This document shows positions 33,740-48,900 of a stretch of 64,000 bases of DNA, in pieces. The DNA lies in NCBI GenBank assembly GCA_012295275.1, contig CM022675.1:4960001-5024000 (forward strand), given 5' to 3'. A program made the translations under genes and the position numbers. The DNA comes from Chrysomallon squamiferum (taxonomy: Eukaryota; Animalia; Mollusca). The number at the start of each line of letters is the position of its first letter. The stretch's first letter is position 1. Under the pieces are notes generated by a model that was not told the origin of the DNA, did no database searches, and worked only from the letters and a program-made list of their open reading frames with translations.

Positions 33740-33968
33740 GTCGCACACACACACGTTTACATACATATGCACTTATGCACAGTAACACACATATATACTG
33801 CATGCACATATACAAGAACACGTACACATATATACACACATCCACATCAAAAAACACACACACACACAGGTACACACGTTTACATACATATGCACTTATG
33901 CATTTTAACACACATATATACTGCATGCACATATACACGAACACGTACAATATACACACATCCACATC

Positions 33969-34003
<35 letters not shown>

Positions 34004-34093
34004 ACATACATATGCACTTATGCACAGTAACACACATATATACTGCATGCACATATACACGAACACGTACACATATATACACACATCCACATC

Positions 34094-34128
<35 letters not shown>

Positions 34129-34450
34129 ACATACATATGCACTTATGCACAGTAACACACATATATACTGCATGCACATATACACGAACACGTACACATA
34201 TATACACACATCCACATCAAAACACACACACACAGACACACACACACACGTTTACATACATATGCACTTATGCACAGTAACACACATATATATTGCATGC
34301 ACATATACAAGAACACGTATACATATACACACACATCCACATCAAAACACACACACACACAGACACACACACACACGTTTACATACATATGCACTTATGC
34401 ACAGTAACACATATATATACTGCATGCTCATATACAAGAACACGTATAGA
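33740..34450. repeat. ~125-bp tandem repeat (5-6 copies) built around (CA)n
   Basis: Recurring cgtttacatacatatgcacttatgcacagtaacacacatatatactgcatgcacatata at ~125-bp spacing. Confidence 0.9.
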
Positions 34451-34702
34451 GACACACAGACACACACACATCCATTCATCCAGACATCAGATCTGATGTG
34501 TAAGGAGATTATTTTGTTTAGTGTCAAACTGTGTAAAACATGATTTAATTACAAAAACAACTGCAGCGTACAGGAAGTGCAGTAATAAGACAGAGAAAAT
34601 AAAAAGTTATTTTAAAAAATACTACATCGTATTTCAGTGATGGATCAAATTTCATTTACTTTCTTTCTGAATTTTCTTTAACCTGTTTTAGACAATTGTT
34701 TT

Positions 34703-34737
<35 letters not shown>

Positions 34738-34963
34738 ACGAAGTAATCATTCTACGAAGAGACGGATCCAAAATACTTAAAATACTTTAATTAATAATTT
34801 TGATATTTGAAATTTATTTTCAAACACTGGTGATTCGTGAAATGTTTTTAATATCTCGGATTATTTAACTCCATTTATATGTGGAATAAACACTATAGAA
34901 TCTGAATTTATCTGTTATACGTTTTTTTTGTTTTTTTTGTTTTTTTTTTTTTGAGAGACAGAC

Positions 34964-35050
<87 letters not shown>

Positions 35051-35456
35051 GCGAGAGAGAGAGAGAGATGTTTCTATGTTTACAGTCGGAAAAATTTTAA
35101 CAAAATGTTTATTTATTTCTCCATTCGTTCTTTTCGTCTAAACTTTGTAACATCAACAACAACTAAATCACAGAAGGAAAAAGAAAAAGAATACCACCAG
35201 CAACAGCAACACAGTAATGATGATGATGATTATCATTATGATAATAATAATTGTAATAATACAACAATAACATCAACAACAACAATAATAATTACAGTAA
35301 TAGTAATAATAATAACAACAAGACCAACAACAACAACAACAACAACAATAATAATAATAATACAACTATTTTATTTCACACAGATAATATATTAATCGTT
35401 TTGTTAATACAACTAAAATAGAAAATAAATAATATAAAATTTATAAATAAATAAAC

Positions 35457-35656
35457 NNNNNNNNNNNNNNNNNNNNNNNNNNNNNNNNNNNNNNNNNNNN
35501 NNNNNNNNNNNNNNNNNNNNNNNNNNNNNNNNNNNNNNNNNNNNNNNNNNNNNNNNNNNNNNNNNNNNNNNNNNNNNNNNNNNNNNNNNNNNNNNNNNNN
35601 NNNNNNNNNNNNNNNNNNNNNNNNNNNNNNNNNNNNNNNNNNNNNNNNNNNNNNNN
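35457..35656. other. Assembly gap (200 N)
   Basis: Run of N. The round size suggests a scaffolding placeholder, so the two halves may not be truly adjacent. Confidence 0.99.
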
Positions 35657-35700
35657 CCTTCTACTAAAAGCAGAAAACGTTATCAGGTGCAACATTAATT

Positions 35701-36046
35701 TCATAAATTATATTACACTACAGATTAAAATGATAATTTCAAGTAAGAACATAGATTATAGAGAATACCTGTATTTTGGGAAATTTAGAGCGTACTTTCA
35801 GTTTATTTTAATTTTATTATTATTATTATTATTATTTATAAGAAAATAGAAGAAAACTTAAATGTATTCCATTATGAATACAAAGCTATCACGTGTATTT
35901 TGTATAACGAGAGCAGTTCACACTATAAATCATAAAACATCCCGTAATTATAAACAAGCAAGAAATGTTTACTTAAGGATAACGCTATTTGCACTGTTCA
36001 TTTTACCACTGAGTTATAAAAATAAATTTTAAAAACGTGTGCACCA
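35701..36046 (+). repeat. Left arm of a long inverted repeat (partner 60102-60524)
   Basis: For example, ttcaagtaagaacatagattatagagaatacctgtattttggga and ttttaccactgagttataaaaataaattttaaaaacgtg match the reverse complement of 60102-60524. Confidence 0.85.
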
Positions 36047-38528
36047 TATGGAAAACACACGATATGTCTGGGTGAAGTTCTTTTGAATTTTGTTTACAAA
36101 CATCGCAAGTTTCAGTTACCTCTTATGACAATCATCATCACTGCCACCTGCATCCTTTAATAACACTGCAAGTCTTTGATTCAAAGGATGAGAAAACTGT
36201 TTATGAAGTTCTAAATTGATTTTCTTTTCTTTTTTTCTTTTTTTTATCAGTAATAATGTAGAAAAGTTGTTTTGAATCATGCTCTAAATCTGACACTACA
36301 CTGCAGATTTCACTGCTGGTTTTCCCAAAAGTAATGTCACTTTCGACCACATCTGTTACATCTGATACATTTTACACCCACTATTTTACAATGAATTGTT
36401 ACTTATTTCTTTGATTTAAGGCATTTACCTGCACCAGATTAGAAAACGGTGTCACTAACGTTTCATTAACTTGTGTAAGTTTCTGTGTAAAGTATCCAAA
36501 TAACATTTCATCCAGTATTCACTGGCAACCGTTGAATTATATGCACTGTCAAGAACAGCTGAATTAACTATAATTTAAAAAAAAAATCGAAATGCTCCAC
36601 AACGACGCTGATTATTTCGCTTTCCACTACATAAATTAATGTATCTTGAATCGTTATCATTTACTTGTTTCAACAAATATGTCACATCGCTGTAGTCGGT
36701 ACCAGTAAGTACAAAGCTGTCCTCTGTGACACAAATCAGCTCCATCCGGTAACTTAAACACTAACATATACGGCTGCAAGTTCGTCTTTTATATATTTTC
36801 GTTAGCAAAGTCGCCAGTCTATCGTCTTTCATCAACGCCGAGTTCACTAACACTTTATCAGGATGGACCCTTCACTTTCATGCAATGATAACGCTATCTC
36901 TGTTTCTTTTTCCAAATCTATAATATTCTGCTAACGCTTTAATTTCATCCATCCATCTGCTGTACGTTTTGTAACTTTCGGTCGGCGTCTTCAAATAAAA
37001 AATAAATTAACAACAACGCTCTGTAGCAAGATACAATCCATCGTTAAGCCCTCATTACAATACGATGCATTACTCCAAAAAACACGAATAACAAGCACTC
37101 CTTCCGATAGAGTTCCATTCACAAATCCAACACCAAACGTAATTGGCTGAATTATAAAACAGTGACCTATGATGTGATCTGTAATAAACATATCCATCCA
37201 ATCAGACCACTGGGGGCGAATTGCGACTGCGAAACATCGGTACCGACTCGTTACGATCCGATAGGCTGGACACTCCCTTGTGTCCTGCAATTGTGGCGAG
37301 AACCACCTACCCAAAACTCTTTTCTGCGACAGACACACCCGCTGACCTGTCAGAAAGCGTGCCCGTCGCAGAAGTGCTTCACAACAGCTCGCTCTGATTA
37401 GCACGTTAATTTTTTTCCATTCCATTCCATCCGTTGCAGAATGCACACCAATTTGAAAGTGGTCCAAGATTTTCTGGTAAACTTAAAGAATTATGTTAAC
37501 AATTATTGTTGGAGATTGGGTACATCTAATTAACTGTTTATATCTTTTCATAGTTTTGAAGAAAAAAATGCCATGTGCATTAACTTTAACTTAATATTTA
37601 TAGTTACTTTTATTATGTATTAATAAAAATAATACTACTTAATTCAGTGTTTATATATTAGTTTACATTATATTTCTTATAAAATTTTTGTCATTTATTA
37701 AACTAGAAATATATTTTAAAGTCAAAATGTAAAAGTATATTTACTTTTATTTTCTTATAAATTTAAAAACAATATTAAAAAAGAAATAAATAAAAGAGAA
37801 AAATCCCAGGTCTTGTAATCTTTTCCTGTGCCTTTTCTCAGCTTAAAAAATCACATTAATTTATATTTCTCCGTATTTCTCGGCATCTCTTTATAGAAAA
37901 ATAATACATCCTTCTCTGACTATCTCTATGTTGCACAGTTTACATAATAAAATATCCAAGTAACATTATATATGTTATTATTTTTATTATGCAGGCATCA
38001 TTATCCTTAGAAAACACACGTATTATTAATAAAATACATACTCGATATTTTTTTCGCTCTGCTGCTATTCGTGTTATCTCAAGTTATCAGTAAAAAAGTA
38101 TGTGACATCGTTCTTTATTGATATGACTAGATTTATAATTTTGGTGAAAGCAGACACTGAAATAAATTCTTGGTCATTCTAAAATTATTTCTGCTATATA
38201 AATTAAAATAATCACCTCTGTTACAAGATCCTCCAGTACAGTAACAAGTTTATTCGAAATGATTTAAGTTTATGAATTTCGAATTGTGATGTTTTTAAAA
38301 TAGTATTTCTCATGATAAATATTAATAATTTTGTTGTTATGTTTTACAGAGTAATTTGTCATCAACATCTATTGTAGGCAGATAGATTACATTAGAAAAT
38401 ACAGATTATATACTGTAGGATCAAAATATTTGTACGCTGTTTTTGCGTTGGATTCTCAATAGCAGATACTCCGGGAATAGGGCAACAAAGATCCTATGTA
38501 AGTTAAATGGTGAAACAACTGTTACCCA

Positions 38529-38682
38529 ATTAAATTACCAGTTTCAGCAGATGAAGTGACTGTAAAAGATTTTAAGCGAGCTCCCTTTACGAAAGTTTGT
38601 TTACGCAACTTCCACCAACTTTGTGTAAGCCCCATAACACTGTCGTCACAGCGCATGATTGACGTCACAAACCCGAGCCAAA
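38529..38682 (+). repeat. ~150-bp direct repeat (partner 59639-59780)
   Basis: attaaattaccagtttcagcagatgaagtgactgtaaaagattttaag..gctccctttacgaaa..gtcacaaacccgagccaaa recurs with mismatches at 59639-59780. Confidence 0.85.
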
Positions 38683-38854
38683 TACGATGGCAGATGCCCG
38701 GAATACCAACATCTGATTGGTTAAACTAATGTTTATATAAACAATGTGGATGTTTTATTTATTTATTTATTAAATTATTAATTTATTAATTATTAAAAAC
38801 AGTATAAATTAAATTTTATTTTCTAAAGAGATACTCTCATGATATTAAACTGAA

Positions 38855-38888
<34 letters not shown>

Positions 38889-40909
38889 ATCTTTGCTAAC
38901 AAATATTTTTAGGTGATACTCTGTAAAGAATATAGTCTAAGCACAATTTAGATATTTTCTCAAACTAGTGTTAGTATATTCAACAGACAGCTTAGTAATT
39001 TTACATTACTACAATTAATTCTGAAAATAAGCTGAGGCCAGGCCGTGATCTCTGAGCCTGTTAGTTTATAGATTAACCATAACAGCATTGTTAAAAATGT
39101 GAGTGTGTGTGTGTGTGTCTTCTTTTATTCAACATTTCATTCATATTTCATTTTATTTTAATTTCTTACTATTAATTTTTATTGTTTTAATTTTTTAGTA
39201 GGAGCAGAATTGTACTACTATTGATTTTATCATTATTACTACTACTACTACTACTATTATTATTATTATTATTTTTTTTTTTTTTCTCTTTCTCATATAT
39301 CTCCGTTTCTTTTTCTTTAGCAAGAAATAATATTACACTGGTTATTCTGATATTTATTGATCTACATTTAATTATTACATGAAATTTATGTTCTTAAGTC
39401 TTATTTATATACAGTAAAACATTTATTTTATTAAGCAGGTGAAAATTCTGGATTTTATACAGGGAATAGGATGCTGGCAATCTCAGTTCACTTTTGAGAG
39501 TAAACATTTGTGAGTGTCTGTATTTATGTATGTATGTGTTTGTGCAAAACAAATTTGGGCCATTAAATATTCATTTTGAAAAAGAAAAGTGTATATATGA
39601 TTTTGATTTAAACTTAATTGCTGCTGCAAATATTAGGTTACTTTAGGATAAATAATCAAATCAGTTGGTGAAATTATTTTGTATAAACTTTATTATTCTT
39701 TTTTATTGATTGACACTATCAGGGTTGAGTGTTTAAGGTGATAAATAAATAAATAAACAGGTGGTAAAAATTTAGGTGGGTTTTTTTCAGATTTGCTTGT
39801 GAAATGGTAAACATATATTAAATAATTAAATAAATAAAATTTTAAAAATAAATAAAATGAAATAAGATAAATAAAATTGTGTATTAAATAAACTTCCCAG
39901 TGAAAACTAACTTAAACAGTAGAATCTTAGATCTTCAGGTTTTCATAGGGTTTCTTCGTATGATGTCTGTATGCAATAGTTACTGATGATATATTTCATA
40001 TTATGTTTTCTGATATTACAACATTTTTTAATATTTTTTTCAAAGCTGACATAAATGATGTGGGAGTCGAAAACATTAATTTTCCCAGTATCAGTAAAAG
40101 ACTTCCTTGTATAAAAATCTTGAGAGATGAAGACAGTGTAAAAATCATTAATTTTGTCATTTACAATATTTTAATATCATTTATATGACAGTGAAAGATT
40201 TCAAATAAATATTAAACATGGCCATAACTACATTAAGGCAAATGAGACAAATACCTCACACCGAAATTGCAATCTTTTTATTTTATTTTTTATTTTTTAT
40301 TATTGTAGTTTTTTTGTATAAAGATTTTATTTAAAAAATATAAACAATAATTTTCTATTCCAGTAGAAACTATATCCACCTAATGAATTCATTTATGTCT
40401 ATGGTTACTGTTTGAAGGTACTGGCATCATAGTGACGAAAGACATAACTGGCTTAAAAGACATCAGACAGCAAAACAGTTTTATCAGCAAGTAACTGTTT
40501 TTACCTCATTTCTACTTAAGGCCATGTTAAGTAAAAAATACAGGATCATTCTTAATGAATGTAAACTGGGGTTTAAAAGCATGTAAACTGGGGTTTTATA
40601 ATGTAAACTGCTCTTCTGTAAAAGTTTAATGTTTGTGGATGAATCAGTTTATTTTGAGAGAGAAAAAGAACAATTTTAACTTAAAATGTATTTTAAAATA
40701 TGTGGAATTTGCATGTTATAGCTGGTATCTTAATTATTATTAATACATTCTTCATTTATTTTCCTATTTACACTTTCTACCATCTTCCCTTCTCCCATAA
40801 AATGTCTGTGGAAGCAGTGGCAGTATGTTTCTGCTGATGATGATGATGCTACGCCTGCAGAGATTAGATTCTCTCGTCTTTTACTGTTTTATTTGTTTTA
40901 TATTTGCAG

Positions 40910-43900
40910 ATTTTGCCAGGACTGATTTTGCTTACACTGTGTAAGTTAATAAAGTGGACAAAATCAGCAGAAAATCCTGATGCTGATGGAGGAGGTGAGA
41001 ATGCTGTTGTTAAAAAAGTGGTTACGTCATCAAATTTCTTAGGTATGTCTAAGATTCAGAACAAAAGCAAATCTCGAATAACTGTGATGCAGTGAAATTA
41101 ATGACCAGCTTGAAGTAAATCAATAAATATAGTGTTGTGCTTTATCAGACCAATTCTTAAGATGCTGTAAAGTATCATTTTACAACGTAGATACAGTCCT
41201 AGTTATCAATATTTTTATTTAATTCTTTTACACGTTTCATTTCCTAATACATTAATTTTTGTTGCTACTTAACTTTTAGCCTGAAGAACATCTCATCAGA
41301 CTGATGAACATGCTGGACCCAAAAGGTGTTGATCCTTTTGTTGCAAAGAACTTTTACAAGAAAATCATCAAAACATGGATTCTAGAACTTAACAATGTCA
41401 CAAGGTAATTGCTTAATGAACAGAAAAAAAATCACCCAAAAGACACACATATACACACTTATTGTTATATTACAGAATAATGTATCTCAACAATAAACAA
41501 TAAACAGATATTTTGAATTTATTTCACTATTTCATTTACAGAATTTACAACTATTTGAATAATGTAAAATGTTTGTCTGTTATCAATGTTTTTGTTGAAA
41601 TTGTTTTCTCTTACTTTCTGATTCTTGTTATTAATGTTCAGTGGAAATCACAGGATGATACCCTGTTCCTGTCAGAGAATATGGATTCATGACATTCAGT
41701 TAGTTTCAGATCCCCACTCTGAGTATTTCCAGGATTGGTGAGTCATTTCTAAAATAATTTTTTGTTTTTATCTTTTTTTTTAAAAACTAAATGAGACATA
41801 TCTAATGTCATATTCATTTATTTATTGATTTTATTTTTTCAATTTTTTGTTTTTTCACTCCTCTAGGTAACAGGGAATCACACAAAACTGAGATATCACG
41901 TTTCCAGGAAAAGCATATATATTACATATTAGAATTATAATTATATTTTGTAATTCTTATTATTGCTTGTTTCTTTTGCCACTATTGGATTTTGTTCTAT
42001 AATTATTTATTTTTATTTTTATTTTATTTTTATTTTATTTTTCTTATAACTTAGTTAGGTTTTAAATTAGTAAAATTTACAAACAAGTGCATTATTTGGA
42101 ATTGCAGTAATATTTTTTTTCTGTTCTTGCTATGTGATGTTTACCTTGAACAAAATCATTTTATTTGAAGTTACAAGATGGCTTGATAAGTTACACAAAA
42201 TAAAGAAAATGACCACTGAACTTAATAATTATTTATTTCATTATTCATATTTGTTATTTTTATATTTCCAATAGTGCAACATATACAGTACCTGTATTTT
42301 AAATCTGAAATCTTTGTTTTGTTTCTTTCAGTCAAGAAGGTGATTTTCCAAAGGAGATGGAAAGCTCACAGGCTGAAATTATTATGAAGCTTCCAGAAAA
42401 GAACATGTTAGTGAAGTATGTTTATTTCATTTGTGTAAATGGTGAATAGAGTTTATTTTTTCAACTGACATTGAAAAATATCTGGAGATATTAACTTAGA
42501 CTATATCTAACTTAATTTATTCACAATTCAGTTTTCAGCTTCTGAAATATTTTGTTAATTTAATTACCAAGAGACAACATTATTATTATTATTATTTATG
42601 CATTATTTTATTCTTACATGTTTTTGTTCTTTTTGTCAAAGCTAATTTTCATTTTCTGTCAAATACATTTTTTTGTGAAATTAGTTTTAATATGATTATC
42701 CATGAAATAAAACTGTTGCTGAACTGGGGTTTGGATTGAGTGCCAGATAAAGAAGATAGGTCATTTGCTTTTGGTGTTGTATATTTACATTTTGTTAATT
42801 AAATCAACCTATAGTATAATTCATACTTTAATATGTTTGCTTTAACAGCCTTGAGGAACTAACAGAGTTAGTACACACAGACTCAATTCACATAAGACTC
42901 AATTCACATAATAAGAAATATTTACTGCAAAATTAGGCATTACTGTGAAGAAAAAAGAATTTTGTGGTTTGCAGTGATGATTGAACATGTATCATTTTTT
43001 AATGTTGATTTTGTTCCCTCTTTGATAAATTTATAAAACTAATTTTCTTGCAGCCTGACAAACCTGTGAAAGGCTTGTGTATCATCTTCTTCTGTGTTTT
43101 GACAGTGTGGTTTTGATGAGGAAGATCCGGTAGCATACATTTCCATGAGTGAGAGTTGGTTTTGTCCATAATACCTCCATTTATTATGAACTCATGGTAA
43201 TAGTTATAAAACAGTAACAAGTCAGTGATCAGCTTAATAGTATGCTAATGTTAAAGTAATCTATATTTGTTTGGCATCACCTTTGTGTGAAAAAGACAAG
43301 GTTGGTACAATAAAGCTACTGAATAATAGTTACTCCTGCAGAAACATCTTCATAACTGATTTGGACTTATCTTGATACAGAAGAAGACAAAGTGAATGTT
43401 ACTGTTTCATTGGTCTGTTACATATTAATTATCATTCTTTTATTGTTTTAGTTTTTAGTAAATGCTGTTTTTTAATCAGTATTTCAAAATATCTTGCTTT
43501 TAATGGACAATTAATATTATTATATTTATTCATCTATTGTTCAAAGTCATCATGATTAAATGCGTCATGATTACATTTTTTTTTTAGTTTTTTAAATTTT
43601 ATTGAAAGGACTTGTCGAAGTTCACAACATACAACAATGCTTTATGAATAAAGTCCATCATAAAAAAAAAATTGTTTTTAGATTAACATTAACCAATTAC
43701 TGAAAGAAGTTAGTGATGCTTCTTACAAATGTCAGTATTGCAGTGACATGCAAATGTGTGGGTCATTGTCATCTGCAAGTGGAGAAAATGTAACAGAAGA
43801 AAAGTTAAATTTGCAGTCTAAATATAGGTGAGATATACTAAATAATTAAAATTATGTTTTTGTCCAAATGTATCTCTCTCTGATAGATTTTTGTTCTGAT

Positions 43901-46900
43901 GAGTCTTGAAGTTTCATTCATATAGTTTTACAACATAATCAATATCTTGAAATAAGTTTGAACTATGATTAATTCTAAGCAGTAATGTATTGTATGTGTT
44001 GCTTTTTGTTTTTGTTTTTTTTAATTACTGTAATCTTTTTTCTTTAGGAGTTAATTTAATAATTTGTTTCTTTACATTTTTTGAAGTGAGATGTGGGCAA
44101 AACTGATAGTGTTTAAATTATTGTCGATGTTTAAATTATTATTAAAAGCCCCAGTACTAGAAGACAGAAATGCCAATCTAATATTATTTTATTTTACAGT
44201 TACAAGCAGATAGTTACCGTATTGAAGAGGTTGGAAGGTAAGAACATATATATTTTCATTATAAAAACAATAACTATACATTATTTATATTAACACTTAA
44301 AGCATTTTATTCCTATTAAGATTATTATGTGGTAATTTTACACTTAATTTTTAATATAGTTGAAAATGGAAATCTCAGAAGAATCTGACCTTTCATAAGA
44401 AATAAAAATGAGTGCTGATGACAAAGATATGACTGATGAGAACTAAATTCTGTAACTGGAAGAATCGTTGTCAGCAGATAGATTTGAAAGTCAGCAATTG
44501 CTTCAAGAGGTATTGAATGTTTTCTTTAAAATATATCCTAAATACATTTTGATTTAACTTCCAGTGCTAGAGATTTGTTGTTTTTTTACTATTATTTTTT
44601 TGTATGTGTGTGTTTGTGTGTGTGTGTGTGTTTGGAAAAAAAGATAAATGATTACAGAAAATAAATCTAAATATGCTTTGGTTTTGAATTGTCAGGTTTT
44701 GTTCTGTCTGCCACTAGGCAAATAAGGAACTGTATACATTATTGTTGTTACACATAATCAGTGACATATATAAATACAAGTTTAGTATGGTTTTATTAAA
44801 TATTAATAAAAAGTATTTTTCTGTTCTGTTTTTCAGAGCCAGTAAAGGACTTGGTGAAAAATACTGTAACGCTCAATGTGTGAATATTTATTTTATTTTA
44901 TTTTATTTTATTATTTAAGTAGTTCTGTGTCTAAGCTAAATTACTTAACTTTGTTAATGGTATTTACAGTTGGTTAAACTAACAAATCCTTAGAAATATT
45001 TTTATAAAATACTTTTCCTAGCTTTTTCATTAGAATAATATATATTCGTAAATAATTTGTTTAGATTTTGTTTAAGAAATGCTGTTATTATTTTTATTAA
45101 ACCTCATTTTTTTCTAAATATGGTAATCTTTTGAAAAATTAGTGACATCTGCCAGCTGCAAGAAACACTGGAGAAAGAGAAGGAACTATGTTCCGAATTA
45201 GAAGTTAGTTCAATTCTAATTTTTTTCTTGAACTTAATGGACGCATTCATTCTTCCATCATACATTCATTAAAAATAAAAACACACAAATTTTGGTTTGA
45301 TAATTTATCTGCCAAAATTTCAGTCTGATCAGAAATAATATAAACAGTTTAGATTAACAAAAAATTCCTAAATAACTGAAAACCTGCTGAATGCCTTACA
45401 TTTATATCTTTTTCAGTTGATACGATTACAGGCAGGTTTACTTTGACTTTTTTTCTTTTGCAAGTTTGCCTTCATTAAATACATCATCGTATATTGGCCA
45501 GTTGCAAGTTTATTATGTAAGAGGTGATCAGTGTTGTAGAAGATGTAATTTTGTTTGCAGGAAAATGTATTAAAAGAGAAAAGAGTCAGGCAGTATGACT
45601 TGCAGGAAATTGGTCCACCAAGATTTTGATACAGAATGTATGGATTATCAGGTTGGTTAACTTGTAGAAGTGAAAACTTAGACTTTAATAAGTACAACTG
45701 AAACCATGTCTTATTCTTTGATTATTTTTTTCTATGTTAATTTGTAACTTGATTATTTTTGCCACTATACAGGAAACAAACATGATTAGAATTTGTCAGG
45801 TATTTCATAAAGTTGATAGTTTTTTCCACAAAACAATAGTAAAAAGAAACCATCACAGCAGTAAAAAAATAAACAAAATAAAATCTTTCTATTCATTGTT
45901 TTATTCAGTGATAACAAAACAGAAACATTTTCATTTTTATGACAGTTCATCAATATCTGATGAAGAAAAAATAAAAAGAAGAAACAGTAAAGAAAAAACA
46001 TGTTCTTAATATCAAAATGTATGTAAGGTAATTTTTAAAGGGATTCTTTGTACATAACACTATGTTTAAAGAAAATAGTATATAGTGATATATAGTGATA
46101 TAACAAAAATATGAATTTGTCAGTAACAAGTAAGACACGTTTAGAGTTCATATATATTTTTTGGTTCAGGTATTGGTTAGTCATTTATTTCAGTCTGTAA
46201 GCAAGTAATCAAAACTAATGCACAAGTGTACATATATTTTTGTAATATATTTTACAGATTAAATCCAGTATATTTCCTACAGAATAAATTGTAATAACAT
46301 AAAATTTGACTAGATCCATAAAGAACACAGATGTTTTTCTGAAAGTCTCATCACTGAAACCAGCTTTTCGTGTCAAAAGATATTTAATAACAAATTAATA
46401 ATAAAAATAAAACGATAAAACATGCAATAATCTAATTCAATTTCTTAACACATGCAATAATCTAATTAAATTATGTTTTAAAAAGTGTAAAATGTTTGTT
46501 TTTCATTCAGATTAAATTAGATTGATGTTAGTAGATCTTTAAGATAATTTTTCTATTTGTGTTTAATGATTGTTACCACTTTACAAGAAGGCATAATTAT
46601 TATATTTATGTTAAAGCATTATTTACATGAGTTTGAACTTGAAGACTTATATATATATATTCATAAATAATGTTTTTGAGTGGGTGTTTTATATTGTTTC
46701 ATTTTTTATTTATCTGTGTAACACATGTTTGTTATTAATTTCTATATGATATGTTTATTTTATTATATTTTAAAATTTTATTTATACAGAAAGGAAAGCC
46801 GATGTCACTGAAGTTAGGAGGGATGTGCAGGCAACACCACCCACCAACATGTATCCCCAGTTCACCTGTTTTGGTAAATAAAATTGTTATATACTTAGTG

Positions 46901-48823
46901 AGAGGGAAAATAAAACAGAATCAAATCAATTAACATTTCTCCAGTCACATAAAAGCATATTGATAAAAACTTGATATAAAGTAGATCCTAAGTCATTCCA
47001 ACCCATTAATGAAATTTTTTTTTTAAATTTGAATTCTTTGTAAATTATCATAATATAGATACATAAAGTTCGTTGTTTTCACAGTTGCCATTACAGATTG
47101 ATAGCTTTGTTGACAAATAGAAGAAAATTCATAATGAAAAATGTCTCAAGTTAACATATTTTAACATATTTTAACCCGAGAAACCTGTGGCTAATAAACA
47201 TTAATCTTTTAATGTTAATTTCAGGTGACAGAAATTATCCAAGGTCAAGAAAAAGTGAAAAAGCTTAAACCACCATTCATTTGACTTGAATCAGTCAGTG
47301 TCTGATGTCAGTAAACTTCCGCCATACTGTACCCTGTCCTGCCCATCAGAAGTGTCAGTCTGGACAGGATCATAATGCAAACCTTACTACCTGCAGCAGT
47401 TCAACACAATGCAATACACACAAGTTATCATCAAAGAACTGTTCAGGATATGAGACAAGGGAGCAGCACCATAACCTTGAACTGAGGTGACAAAGAAGAA
47501 ACAGATTCATCTTCTGACATAAGATGCTACAGTTTTAAAGCTGTGATAGCAAATAATAAATACCAGAGTAAGACAGCAGGTAAGACTTTAAATTTAGATA
47601 TGTTAATTTTAAGGTATAATTTAGTTTCAAATGCAAAGTAGTACAGTGTGTTAATTAAAATGGAATTTTATTGGTTATTTTAAGTATGTTTTTCCTAGGA
47701 ATAATTTGGTCTTTAAAATACTATTTTTATTTTTATTTATAGAATTTTAAGTAGTTTTTCACTATTTAAATATCCACTACAGTAATGTTTTTTTGCTTTG
47801 TTTTTAAATACACACACACCTATAGACATATATTTTTTGAAATGCTAGCCAGGGAGAAAGTGTTTATTGAAAACAGCATCAGTTTATGCATTTTTGACTT
47901 CAGTTTGTGTTAATGATTTGTTTTTAAAATTATTTTAAATAAATTTCTTAGTAATTCTTAGTAATTTAAAATTACCTGCTTATTAGATTTATTACCCTGT
48001 TATTTGTCTTTCAGAACGAATGACAATAAGCCTGCTGAACCTGCAGAAAATGGTGAAACGGTAAGTAAAGTTTTAATTATGTTTTGTATGATGTAATGAT
48101 ACAGGAGAAAAATGTATTGTTTTTCTTTCTTGGATGGATAAAGACCTGTTTTTAGATAAAATTGTTCTTAGATATTTAAAGCATTTAAATCATTGAGAGC
48201 ATTCAGAAGATTTGTTAACTTTTTAGATCTATAACAAACACACCTTCACTTTCTGTGTTGACTTCACACGTTGGTATCACTGAGAATATTAACTAGCAGT
48301 CTGGTGGATTACACATTATCTATTTATTTATTCTCACTCTTGTTTTCTTATCAACAATATAGCTGTTTTATGATTATATTTATAGATGATGAATTTAACA
48401 GTTAATAGAGAAAATGTTTAAAAAACCCCAACAAACATGTTAGTTAATATTGTTAAGGTTATCTTCAGCTCTTTTATCTGTGTATAATCATTTTAAATAT
48501 GAAATGTACATGCCAACTATAGGAAATTAGTAAAACAGGAAGAAAAAAAAATATATATTTATATAACTAAATTAAAAATATATTTTAAAACCTTGGTTGA
48601 TCACATCATTTTAGAAAGGAATGTAATTTCATGTTTTGTTTTATTTTCTTTCTTTCCTAAAGGGTTATGCAACAGTTGCATCATTTGGAAAAACTCAGGA
48701 GATGTCAAGGCAATACACAGAAGATGAACCACCTTTTCATATTATTACCTGTCAGTTCTTAGTAATGAGCATCTAAGCAGACATTATTATCATAATAATG
48801 GTGGTGATTATGTTAATGTTAAT

Positions 48824-48900
<77 letters not shown>

